A DNA stretch of 64,000 nt, from NCBI GenBank assembly GCA_964016885.1, contig OZ024747.1, positions 87,854,001 through 87,918,000 on the forward strand, read 5' to 3'. Position numbers and translations under genes: made by a program. Positions 25,511 to 38,700 of the stretch are shown one piece after another (the stretch's first letter is position 1; each line of letters opens with the position of its first letter). Source of the stretch: Eledone cirrhosa (lineage: Eukaryota). The notes beneath the pieces were generated by a model. It had not been told where the DNA came from and ran no database searches. It saw only the letters and a list, made by a program, of their open reading frames with translations.

Positions 25511-26493
25511 AATCTCTCAAAATTCTTGATTATTTTCAAAATTAATTGAAAATCATGGGTAATGTTTTACATAAGAAATTGGTTACAGGAAACAGGAATA
25601 ATTCACTCAGTACCAGAGCTATTTACATTGTCGGGGAATTCCATTTCTGTAAGCTGTTTTCTCAAATTTTCTTTCAGTATAATTCATGTAATTTTATTTT
25701 TTCTCATACATTGTGGTTTATGATTAACTATCTTACAACCTTTTACTGCTGTTCGTCATTTACAGCCACGCTGGGGCAGTTTTGAAAGGATTGATTTATT
25801 CAAACATATCAATCCCCAGTGCTTAATTTTTCAAGCCTGGTACTTATTTCATTGATTACTTTTTGTCTGTTCCTATATAACAAAACTGTTTATTTCAAAG
25901 TATTTATATTCATCTAAAACCTTCCACCATAATTTTATGTTATGCTCCAAACATGAGCTTAATAATGAAAAAGTTAGTTATATTCTTAACTCCCACTAAA
26001 TTTGTGATTAATTTGAAAATTATCTGTTAAAGAAAAGTAGGGTCTATCATTAGAAATATGGTAACAAAAGAATTTATTATACATCCTTTTTTTTTTATCT
26101 AGAAAAGTGAGGTGACTAGATATTGTCTTTATACTGCAAAAAATCTATTTCCTATTGATTACTTCTTCGACAGTAGCATCAGATATGACCATTTATCAGA
26201 ATTGTCTTTCATGCGAAGTGTAAATATGTTCGCAAATAAAATCCTTTTAACTAAAATCTAACACTTGGAAATCAGGGTTTATATGATACATGGAAGAATT
26301 CCACACTCACACACACACACACACATGGCTGATCTAAGTCTTTTGGAACAATTTAAGATAATGCAGTGGGAGTGGACCTTGGAGAGAGAGCAATGAATAT
26401 GTTTCCATTTTATTAGATCTCCTCAGGCCACTTATTAGACTATAATATTCAAATATATGTAGGTGTATATATGTATATATATATACACACATA

Positions 26494-26591
26494 CAGGGTG
26501 TACCCCAAAAATGTATATACACTGTGATAACCTGTACAGCCAATATTTATTAGAATGCTGATGTGTGTATACATTTTTTGGGGACACCCTG
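26494..26591. mobile_element. Tc1/mariner-type MITE (related copy at 38486-38573)
   Basis: TIRs CAGGGTGTACCCCAAAAATGTATA / TATACATTTTTGGGGACACCCTG in a TA-repeat context. Confidence 0.75.
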
Positions 26592-28030
26592 TGTATATAT
26601 ATATATATATATATATGAAAGAGAGAGAAGGAGAGAGAGAGAGAGAGAGAGATTAAGGAAAATGTCAATGAGTTTTGTTACTAAGATTCAGTTATGAATA
26701 TAACATAATCCATGCCTAGGTCTTGAATTAACAACTATCTTAAATAAACTTTACAACAAATCTATAGTTAAGACAAGGAAAGAAAATGAGTTCTCGTTCC
26801 TTATAACATTTTTTATATGTAAAAAGAGAAAAAAATTGAGCTTGAGTGATGAAACATGGAAGTAACAATTAAATAACAAGAACAAACACAAGGGAATGTA
26901 GTATTTATAAATCTTTGCTCAAATAGTGTTTTTAAATATATTAAAAGAAGGGTGGTGTGCAATCAAATCGAACCAAGGAAATGATATTTCCATTGGTCTT
27001 TGGCCACAACTCCTGGATCAGATATTGTAAAGTATCTTGTCTAATTGTTTAAGAATTCTGTCAATCCATCACTCCTGGACTGATACTTTATTTATAAAAC
27101 CCCACAAATTGACGACAGGTAATACTAACTTCGGTGGGATTTGAAATCAGAGCACACTGAGGAAAAACAAATACCAAAGCCTTTAACCCTACACCCTAAA
27201 AACTCTGCTAATTTACCACCTTAATATGCCACAGATATATCAACAATGGAATTAGATTGAAAAATGTTTTTGTTTTTTTAATGAAGTCAAAATGAGTTGA
27301 GTTGGATACAAAGTATAAATTAGATTCAATTTACAAGAAATAGGGTTTTATAAAAAAAAAATTACGAAGATGATAGAAAACTGTTCTTTTTTACCTTTCT
27401 CAATAAAGGTATTTTGTTGATGCTTTTTGAATGGCTATAAATAGACAAGAGCTTTTTACCAATGTCCAAATGACATCCGCTAAAGCTAAATAAATAAACA
27501 AATGATGATATCTGAGAAAAGTCTTTTCAATTTGAGTTTGTGTGAAGGGAGGGTGGGAGACTGTGATCTGTACAGGGAGGTGACAGTGGAGGTGTTCATT
27601 AGTTGCTATACATGATTATTGAAGTAATCGATTGTACGAGATGTACTAGTTTACTAGACCATATGAACGTTAGATTAATAATTGTTTCTACGTTAGGCAC
27701 AAGGCCAGCAATCACCCAGTGCATTACTGGTACTTTATTTTATCGACCCCGTAAGGATGAAAGGCAAAGTCAACCTCGGCAGATTAATAATGTTAAGCAA
27801 TCATACCAAACCAACCAGTTAACACTATACAAAACTAAGCAGGGTTTCTGTATAAGATAAACGAGTTAATCAATTACTATATAAAATGTAGGAGTTTACA
27901 AAAAAAGCCCCTTTTTGGTCATGACTGACCATGAGTTTTGCACCTGGAAAGTTCCTAAGGAGCAAGCCTGGGCAAAGTGTTTTTGTGGAAGGCCAATAGT
28001 TGCCCATGCATGCCAAACTTCTCTCTCCAC

Positions 28031-28135
28031 ACCACCGAAGTCTAAGGGAAAGGTATAGGCTTTCCCCACCACCGATGTCTAAGGGAAAGGTATAGACTTT
28101 CCTCACCACCGATGTCTAAGGGAAAGGTATAGGCT
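28031..28135. repeat. 37-bp tandem triplication inside a SINE-like element
   Basis: caccgatgtctaagggaaaggtataggctttccc(cac) repeated about three times. Confidence 0.85.
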
Positions 28136-28400
28136 GATATAGCTTGGCATCAGTGTTGTTGCAATTCATTTTTTATCAGCTGGGTGAACTGAAGCAATGT
28201 GAGAAAGTCTTTGTTCATGCCACTATAACTGGAAAAGGAATGAAGCCATACGCTTTCACGTGAGATAATCAGTTGCTGTGTAAAAGTGAACAGTTTAATC
28301 AGTGAATTAGTCAATGAACTAAAGTAAATAAATTAACCAGTTAACTATTGTCAGGACAATATTAACCAGTATCTGTACAATGTAAACACATCTGATTGCT

Positions 28401-28757
28401 ATACAGTGAACAAGTAGCTGATGTACAGTGAACAAGAGACTGATGTACAATGAACAAGTGGCTGATGTAGAGTGAACAATAGACTGATGTAGAGTGAACA
28501 AGTGGCTGATGTACAATGAACAAGTGGCTGATGTACAATGAACAAATGGCTGATGTACAATAAACAAATGGCTGATGTACAGTGAACAAATGGCTGATGT
28601 ACAGTGAACAAGTGGCTGATGTACAGTGAACAAATGGCTGATGTACAGTGAACAAGTGGTTGATGTAGTGAACAAATGGCTGATGTACAGTGAACAAGTG
28701 GCTGATGTACAGTGAACAAGTGGTTGATGTACAGTGAACAAGTAGCTGATGTACAAT
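28401..28757. repeat. 22-bp minisatellite, ~16 units
   Basis: Unit tgtacagtgaacaagtggctga with point variants. Confidence 0.95.
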
Positions 28758-29903
28758 ACAAACTGTACAGGCAGATGGGAGAGACATTTGTCACTGAGTT
28801 AGTGAAGGACAAATAGGTGCCCATATAGATTTAAACCTCAGTTTTGTCATGCATTGAGTAACCACAGCACTCCAGCAAGGATAAGCTACTGAATTCAGCA
28901 TTTCGCAGTTGTAATAACACATGTACATAAGCAAATGTGTGAGTGTATACACAGTATGTATGTTGGCTTATGTGTTTCCTTTTGATGAAAATATACAGAA
29001 AAACTGCTTACATTTTTGTGGTAGATGTGTGTAGAATCAGTTTAATATACCTGCATGTGGAGATTAGGATATCAGATATCAATTTCATACCACTAGTTTC
29101 ATAGTGAGATAACTATGGAAATGGCACTCAGAACATTATGTCAGTTAAATAACTGGCAGAGTGGAACTGATCACCTGATGTGATTTCTATCTGCCAACAT
29201 GCAGAAACTCTATACAATAAATACTCGCACAAAGGACAGCCCTTTGAAGAGAGCAGTAACTCCATAGAAAAAAACTGCATAGAGGAGATAAGGACTGTGT
29301 AAGTTGTAGGGAAGGAAACACATCTAACTCTGAATAAAAGCATAAAATAGTTGTGTGAGGACACTTCAGACTTGGCAGACTGTGCTAGTGACACAATAAA
29401 TGCACTCAGTCCAGTTAGTAAAACCATGCCAAACTTATGTCACTTACATAGTATGATACACACACAAACATTTAGATACACTATACTGATTTCTTACAAA
29501 GGCACAAGGCCTCAATGTATGTGTATGAAGTGGGTAGAAAATTAGATCCACCCTCAGTACTGAAATGGTAATTATTTTATCAATTATGGAAGGATGAAAG
29601 GTGAAGTCAACCTTGGTGGAATTTCAAGAATTCACACCATAAAAGAATGACAACAAAACACTGCAAGGTATTTTGTTTATCATCACTCTACTGATACCAC
29701 CCTCCACCGCCTGCCCTTTTTAATAGTCGCTGTATTGATGATGTCCACAATAACAAATTCATATACACTACATTGGCAATGTATATAAGCACACTACCAT
29801 AGATACCGTGTGTGTATATGTATACGTGTACAAGTTATACAGACTGTTATTGCCATTTTTGATGGTGAAGAAGTATTGTTTCCAGGAAGTCAGTTGATAT
29901 ACT

Positions 29904-29957
29904 TTACTGTTTCATTTGTTTCAGAAGCTGTAACAACTCTGAATATCTGTCTTTAAT
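29904..29957 (-). CDS. GON4L: GON4L exon 27 (last coding exon)
   Basis: tgtag|ATT; IKDRYSELLQLLKQMKQ then TAA at 29906-29904. Confidence 0.85.
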   Translation of the reverse strand: MKDRYSELLQLLKQMKQ

Positions 29958-32900
29958 CTACAATAAAACAAAAAATAAAATTATGTTAACCCTTTGATAC
30001 CACTTATGGTTCTATGATACAAATCTGCCCGTTTTTATGTGTTCATACTTGTATTAAAACTATTTGACACCATTTTTATGTAAGAACAGTTTTTAAAGTA
30101 ATACTTCAAAGATCAGCTTAACCCTTTAGCATTTACATTACTCTATATTTACTATTGTCTCACATATTATCGAGATTTTGATATTATTTATTTTGAGAAC
30201 AATACTTTAACATAAGTATGAGTGGCCAGTTATGGCTGGTTTGAACAGAAAGAGATGAAGGAATTCTAGCTGAGTATGGCTGGTTTAAATGCTAAAGGGT
30301 TAATAATGACAAAGTAATTCAACTAAATTCCTTCATATAGTTTTAAACATCATCAACAATAATATAAAATATATATAAATACTCACTTGCTTAGGTGTTC
30401 GGCCATTTATTTTACAAGAAAGTGTTTCAAATACTTGTGCAGTGACTCCATCTTTCCTTACACTATCAAGAATAGTCTTGTCCATCCATCTGAAGCAAGA
30501 GGAAACAATAGTTTTTTTACATCAACTGCTTAACTCCAGCAGGTCTTGTCAGAAGCAACCATCTCCAATTAATCTGGCTGGATCCCCAAGCGAGACATCC
30601 CGAGCTCATAGATGTTATCCAATCATCTTGCTTGAAGTCTACCCCTGGGTCTCCTGCCTGTTGGTTTTGCCTGTAAAATCTGTCCAGCTATTCTTTCCTG
30701 AGACATTCTAACCACATGCCCACAGTATCGGAGCTGTGATTTCTCAATTTGGAGATGTAGCAGCTCTACATGGAGCAACTCTCTGATCTCCAAGCTATGC
30801 ACTCTATTGAGTAACATTATTCCAAAGACCCTTCGGTGTTACTTCATTTCGGCTGCTTATATTCATGATTGTATACTTTTCGTCATTACCCAAAATTCAA
30901 AACCACAGGTAAGAGTTGGGAAGAAAACCAAATTGAAGATAGCAAGTTTGGCTTTTACACCTATCTCCTTTTTTTTTTTATTCAGAACCCACAGAGCTGG
31001 ATCAGATAACACAAAGCATCTTAACAACCTTGGACTGGTATTTTTATTTATCAATGTAAAGATGTAAAGATGAAAGACAAATTTGATCTCAATGAGATTC
31101 AAACTCAGAGCACATCATCATCATCGTTTAACGTCTATCTTCCACGCTTGCACAGAGAGCTGGAACAAAAACCAAGACATTTAATGCAATATTTTATTGC
31201 TATTTCAACACCTAGAATCAAACAATGAGGTGAGGCTGAAAAGTTCATATGCTGACTATGAAGGAGTGATGCTAGAGATGGAAAATATTGCATGCATCAA
31301 TTTCAACTCTTCTTAAAAATAACTGCATTGTTTCTTTCCAGAGATTATGCTGAAAAATAAACCTCATTTGGTCATTCCATAAGAATATCTTAGTCAGCCG
31401 ACCCTCATAACTACAAAATAAAACCTGTTTCCACTTCACAATTAAATGGTTACTGCTAAAAATGATATCCAGCTTACAGATGAAAAATGTTCTAATATAG
31501 CAAACTCAAAAGTCCATAACACCATATAAAAATGGAAATGCTAACTTCAATGTTTTAAGGTTTGCTAAAGTAGGGCTTAGCCTTGCAGGCCCCATGATGG
31601 ATTTCATATTGATGATGAGATTCTTTTTGAAGCAATGTTTTACAGCTAGATGCCCACCTTTTTAGTCACCTCTTATGGCACACAAGGATATGGTGTACTT
31701 ATAATAAACTGGATACACACAGAGTGAATATTTGAAAGCAGGAAAAGGGTACTCACTTAGTCCATCTGGTAGCAATGCTGGTACCTTCTGAAAACAATTG
31801 GTTGGAGATAGCTTGTTGGTTAGTGTAATTATTAGCGTTTGGTGTTATTATCCGCAGGTGTTTTTTACTAAGAACAGCTGAGTTGAGCAAATTGTCAATG
31901 GCACCACGCTTCTCAACTTTAGATAACTTGCTCTTAGAAAATAGAGTTCCGTTGCGGTGATTGAAGTTAGGTATGAGATGACTGAATGTTGGCAGTGTTA
32001 TATGGTTGACATGTGGCTGAACATTGACAGTGGACAAAGGAATCATAGTGAGATTAGACACAGGTAACTGGCGTGTCATTGATGTCGAATTAATCACAGT
32101 CGGTATTGCTGAAAGATTTGGTTGGGAAGGAAGGAGAAAATCTGTAGGCATACTGGGACCCACTCCAGATACAACACTCTGAAACAAAAATAATGAGGAA
32201 AATTTATAACAACAAAAAGCATTTGAAAAAAAAAAAAAAAAATTAAATTTGCAGCTCACACTTAAGCAGATTTAGCTGGTAATTGAAAGGAGACAATGTA
32301 GAGTTTGAGAGTACTCTTTAGGTTGGTCTAGTAGCTGACAACCTTTCTAGTGCTGGTGTCACGATAAGATTTCTCAAGTGTTTTAATGATAGGAACTCGT
32401 CATCATCATCATCGTTTTTACATCCATTTTGCTACACTTCCATGGGTTGGACGGGTATCATCACAGCATCTCTCCACTCATCATCTCCTATGTGAGTCTC
32501 AGCGAATTGAGATCAGCTCTCCCCACTCCAACCCAGGTCTTTCCTTGTCCTACCTCTGCTGTGGCTCCCTACCACTGAGATTTCCTGTCACTTCTTCACC
32601 TAGCGATCATCATCCATGCACATTACATGTCAGTACCAACACAGTCTTTTCTCTTGCACACCATTTTGGATTCTTCTTAAACCCAATTTCTCCCTCAGTT
32701 CATCCAGACTCTGCCTTTTTCTCACATTTACATTGCACATCCAACAAAGCATGGTTGCGTCATTTCTCTCCAGTCAACGCATGTCTTTTGTAACTACTGC
32801 CCATGTTTTGCTATCATGCAGCATCACATTTTGGACATAGGTGTCATACAGCCATCCTTTCGTATGTAGGGAGAAATATTTTGTTGTCAACAGTTGGAGA

Positions 32901-35752
32901 AGCTTGCTAAACTTCTTCCATCCTATCCTTTGCTGTTAATTAGCAGAAGCTATCAACCACTTTATGTGTTCCATAAGTCAGGTGAAGCCAGCTAGGATAG
33001 GAGGCCAGTGACTTAAATAAAATAAATCAGCATGGGGAAGATGTGAGCTCAGTAAGCCATACAGAAGGCAGCCCTTCAAGGAGGGCAGTGTCTCAGGATA
33101 AAATAAGACTGCACAGTGTAGACGTGGGCTCCATAACCATGGAGAAGGCAGCCTGTCTAGGAGGGCAATGGCTTCAAATAAAATATGACTGCACGAGGTA
33201 GCTATGGGTTCTGTAAGCTGAAATGTAAGCAACCCATCAAAAGATTAGGAAATGTTAAAGAATGGCTCACCTTTGGTTGGTTTTGATTGACAGGAATATG
33301 AAGTAAATCTTGTAAACTATCATCTGGTTCTATATTCTCTGTTGGACTCCTGCAAGCTTGTTCCCAAGCTTTAGCTAGAATATCATTGCTGGCTGTATTT
33401 GAAATTTTAGTAACCGTTTCACCAGAGTTTGGAAATTCTACATATTTATTCACAGATACAGAATTGCCACCAGACTTTGCTGGTTTATTTGGTGAATTAG
33501 CAGCATTATTATTTTCGTTAGAGTTCAATTTATTATTTTGAGCTTCAGACATATGGACAGCAACAGAGGAATCATTGGTGCTTGAAGAAATCTCCTGCAA
33601 TATAATGTTTTGGGAGTTAATAAGAATATCTGACTGAAATTATAACACACACTAACTTTGATACTTTACACAATGTACCTTAAAAGAAACACCCATTTAA
33701 ACATACACTTGCACTCACACATAATATCGACACTAATACACACATACATGTAAAAGGGTGCAGAGTACTCAAAGTTGATGGTAGCCATGGAGTGGGAAGA
33801 CCCAGAAAGACTTGGGATTATGTGATAAAAACTGACTTTGTGCAATTACACCTCTCAAAGGCGATGACACATGACCGAGAACTCTGGCGTTATGTAGTAA
33901 TACAGAAGCTTCGCCTCATAGTATGCATCATCCCACCAACCTCTTCCATACACATCTCATGAGCACAGGCTGAAGCATACATCTAGGGTGTACCACCTTC
34001 ACCCCCACCCACCCTTCCATTTACTTCCCATGCCCTAACACTCTGCCCCTCATCTAAAACTTTCCACTACAATGTTATGTAAGATTTGTACCAAACACCA
34101 GCTTAATAATGAGAAAGTTAGTCATTTTACTAAATCCCTCCAGATACTTGATGCACATTCATTAGAAATAAAGTAAGAAAAGGGTTAAACATTTTATAAA
34201 AAGGTGGCTTACTTTGTTTAGAGAAGTGTCCTTTATTAAGAAATTTGGTGAAGCTAGTGATCTGACTGACAGATTATTTCCATCTTTGCAGGCATCTACA
34301 GAATGATCTTCTTCAAAGTCCAGCTTTGTATCTCCTAATAGAATTATAGGTTCTTCAGTTTTAAATTCTTGGTCAGGGGTAGTTAGATCAAATGGCTCTG
34401 AGATTTTGGCACGCACATGTTTCAATTTTCCAGTTGTCTTAAAGTACAACTTACCATCTTTGACCTGGAAAAGAAATTGGTATATAGATATATATTTACA
34501 ACACACGTATTTCACCCTTTAAAATTCAAACTGGCCATATCCGACCAGAATTCTCTCACCTCTTTCTGTTCAAACTGGTTGTAACTGGCCACTCATACCG
34601 ATGCTAAGGCCTCTAGCACTCACTGTAAATGAGGTTGGTGTTAGGGAAGGCATCAAGCTGTAGAAATCAAGCCAAAATCAGTTCCCGTATGAGCAAGGCA
34701 TGGTCAGCCGACTGGACACTACCCACAACAGGACAACCCGTCTAACCCATGCTAGTGTGGAAGAACGGACGATGATGATGATGATGATGAATATAATGAC
34801 ATTTTTAGCAATATCCTTTAGAAAATTCAGTTTGGAATCTTCATTGAAAATGTTGTCCTTTTATCTTAATAATTTATAAACTTGGAGCAATTTTGGTATG
34901 GTCACGTTAAAAAGCTATTGATTCTCATTATTTGACTTCAGGAGATAGTGTCAAATACTGAGGGAAATAATCACATATAACCACAAGGGAAAAATGAGTT
35001 AAGTACTGACTTAGGCTGTAACATCCTCTCCAACCTAAGTGAGCATGGAAAAACAAATGTTAAATCATCATCACCATTTTATGTTCATTCTTCCAAGCTA
35101 GCATGGATTAGACAGGTTGTCCTGTTGTGGGCAATGCCAGGTCAGGTGACCATGTCTTGCACATACAGAACTGATTTTGGCTTGATTTCTACAGCTGGAT
35201 GCCCTTCCTAACACCAACCTCATTTACAGTGAGTACTGGGTGCTTTTTTTACCATGGCACCTACACAACCAATTTACAGTGTGGGCTGGGTGCTTTTTGT
35301 CATGACACCTACATGACCGCTTTACAGTGGGAAGGGGTGGGGACATATTGTCTATATGCTTCAGCTTCGGCTGCTACCCGTGGAAAGTCGGGTCTAAATG
35401 ATAATGATAATATAAAAGTGCTGGAAGAAGTAATGAACCAAAAATGAACAGTTCGGATATGAAATGAAATATAAACTTACTGTCAAGCCACACATAGAAC
35501 AATGGGACACTCGTTTACTTTTTGTTTTCTTTTTATTGAGTCCATCGGTGATTAACTTATCTTTGTCTTTGTGACATTGACATGGGCAACCTGGCATTCC
35601 ATACTGGTTAGCAGCATCAGGTAACTCAACATCTTCATAACCCATCAACTTATTTTTCATCTCAGACTCTCCACCTTCAAGAGTGACTTCTTCAAAGTCT
35701 TCAGGTTGACTGAAAAAGAAAAAAGGATGATCAACATCATTTAACATCTATT

Positions 35753-35794
<42 letters not shown>

Positions 35795-38700
35795 ATTGTT
35801 TCTACTTTTGACACAAGGCCAGCAATTACCCAGTGTATTACTGGTACTTTATTTTATCGACCCCGTAATGATGAAAGCCAAAGTTGACCTCGGTGGGATT
35901 TGAACTCATAATAAAAAGGGCCGTAACTCTATGAGTCAAAGCATGACGTCCGGCCCTCTACCGATACTGCCAATCCACTGACTCATGGGTGGTGGAACTG
36001 GGTGGGGAACATGCCCCCTCCAATAATTATATTTTTCTCCCCAAACTACTAAAGCACACATCTTTTTCTATATGAACTATAATTCATGTACATGTTATGT
36101 TTATCACATATCAAAGTTTTTTATATCAGACAAAACAAGACAAACGAGTTGGATGTTTCTTACAAGAATCATCTAGTTTCTAGAAACCTTCGGTAATGAA
36201 ATAATTATATTGTGTTTTTTATTAATTTTTAAGTAAATAGCTCTGTACAATACATAGGGCACTCTTTTTTCCTTTACCTTTTCTATGGAAATACTTAACA
36301 TATCATCATTTCATTTTACGTCCGGCTTTTCCTTGCTTGCAAGGGTGGGACGGGAACTGATTCTGGCTTGATTTCTACAGCTGGATGCCCTTCCTAACAC
36401 CAACCTCATTTACAGTGAGTGCTGGGTGCTTTTTTTCCGTGGCACCTCCACGACCACTTTGCAGTGGAATGATAGGGACCCCAGTCGCTATCATCTCATT
36501 TTTACAGCTGAGTAAACTGGAGCAATGTGAAATAAAGTGTCTTGCCCAAGGAAACAACACATCACCCGGTCTGAGAATTGAACTCACAACCTTTCGATTG
36601 CAAGGCCAATGCTCTAACCACTAAGCCATGTGTGCTTATATATATATATAGTTGCTCCTTTCTAGAACATCAAATTTGCCCTTATAGCAACTTATGATTG
36701 TACTCTGCGTCAGTTATTGGGTATGACTCTGTCCTGTATTACCTGACCGACTATGCAGGTTATTAGTTTGACTCCTACTCCTCTCGATTCTTTTAGCATC
36801 TCATCAACTATCTCAGATGGTCCTGCAGCTTAACCATTCTTCATATGTCCCTTAAACATTGGGTATTAATATTGTTTCCTCAGAAACCAAGCAACAATCA
36901 GCTCCAATAGAATGAACAGTATTGTTGCTTTGAAAAGCAATAAAAAGAAATTATAGAAACCTTTCTGGAGGAGGTTGAAATCCAAATAACCCTGAAAATT
37001 CAGCCAAAAGCTCATCTTGTCCCTTAAACATTGGAAGCAACATTTCATGAAGTTCTTCTTCCTTGTGAGTCATTTTACGTTGCCATTCCGCAAAAATTCT
37101 CAAAACCTTTTGGTACTGACTGGGATGTTTCTCAAAGATAATCTGTGGAAAAAATAAGACAATATTAGTCAACAATCTCAAGTTGGAAAGTGTTTTTAGA
37201 TCTTTAGTTATAGTTTTATTAACTTCTTTGTGAACATATTTCTAACAAGTAAACTACCTAAGTGTTTTAACTGCTTTCTTAACATATTTCCAATGAAATA
37301 TACAACCTATGTTGTTATATTTGGGGAGGGTCATGTTATATTTGGGGAGGATCATGTTGTTCTAATATTGCCAGAAAGATATGAGATGTGGGAGACATGA
37401 AAAAATGAGAAATGTAAGGCTGGGAAACAAAACAGTAAAAAAAAAAAATTTAGAGAAAGATGGCCAGTGGGAGAGAGAATTACCTCAATTTTACGCAAGA
37501 AGTTGCGAGCCCTAAGAAAGTCTACTGTAGTTTTGTAACAGCCACAGAGGAGAGCATGTTCTGGAGAGAGGAATGCTGCAAAGTCACGTACAAGTTCAGG
37601 ATAGCCCTTCAGTAAATATGACAGGCTCTTATACAGCTGCAATGAGGAGAAAAATTTGGTAAGTTCCAACAAGATATCATAGGGCATTATATATATGAGT
37701 CCCGGGTTCAATCGGGAGTAACCACAGTTAGTAAGGTATTAAATACATTAGTAGAATATAAACATCAATTTTACTATAGAAATAACTTCTACAGGTCTAG
37801 AACTGTTTCATTCAAAAGAATATATGTAATATATATGCATATATATAATCTCAGGAATTTTACCTGCCTTAGATATATATATATATATATATATATATGT
37901 AAAACGTAAACACAAATAACAACACAATCGGTACAGTATATGGAAGGAATATATTAGATTAACGCTTGAAATAGCAGGAAGAAGGTCTTAACGTTTCGGA
38001 TGCTAGTCCTTCATCAGAAGAAAGAATGAGAAATAAGATAGATTGAAGGGACGGGCGGGTTGGAATTGGAAAAAATGTCTTTAGGTATATGCATATTCAT
38101 TTATGTTTTGTGGTTCATACTTATATAGACAAACCATGCCCCTGACCCCTGATGATATAGCCAGTCAACTATGAGGCCTTCCTGATAACAGTCTGAAACT
38201 AGTTGTTGAAATGGCAAGAGCTCAGCCATCAGGCCACAACTCTTTATATATGTATGTAAAAGGTAAACAGAAATAACAACACAATCGGTACAGTATATGG
38301 AAGGGATATATTAGGTTAACGCCTGATATAGCAGGAAGAGGGTCTTAATGTTTCGACACTAGTCCTTCATCAGAAGAAAGAATAAGAAATAAGATAGATT
38401 GAGGGGACGGGCGGGGTGGAATTGGAAAAAATTTCTTTAGATAAAAATAACAGGTCCATTCATGTTGACATCTCTTGCAAAACTGATGTCCCCCAAAAAT
38501 GTACACATACTTCAACAGCAAATATTGCCTGTACAGGTAATCAAAGTGTGTATACATTTTTTTGGTACACCCTATATATATATATATTTATTTATATATA
38601 TATATATATAGTGTCTGGAAGACAAAATAGAAATATATATGGAGGGGTGGGGGGCACTAATTATCAGGCATAGTTAATACTTATATGGGGATGATCACTT

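Noticed and set aside
28319-28824. Three overlapping ~141-145-aa His/Cys-rich minus-strand ORFs
   Set aside because: Artefact of a stop-free 22-bp repeat cycling through all three frames.
36385-36624. Recurrent MPFLTPTSFTVS... ORFs (also at 35199 and 57880) as a small gene family
   Set aside because: Antisense translations of SINE copies.
36847-36862. 16-nt copy (gtcccttaaacattgg) of GON4L exon 21 sequence
   Set aside because: Too short to be a duplicated exon; it sits at the edge of an RTE fragment and is probably filler DNA or chance.
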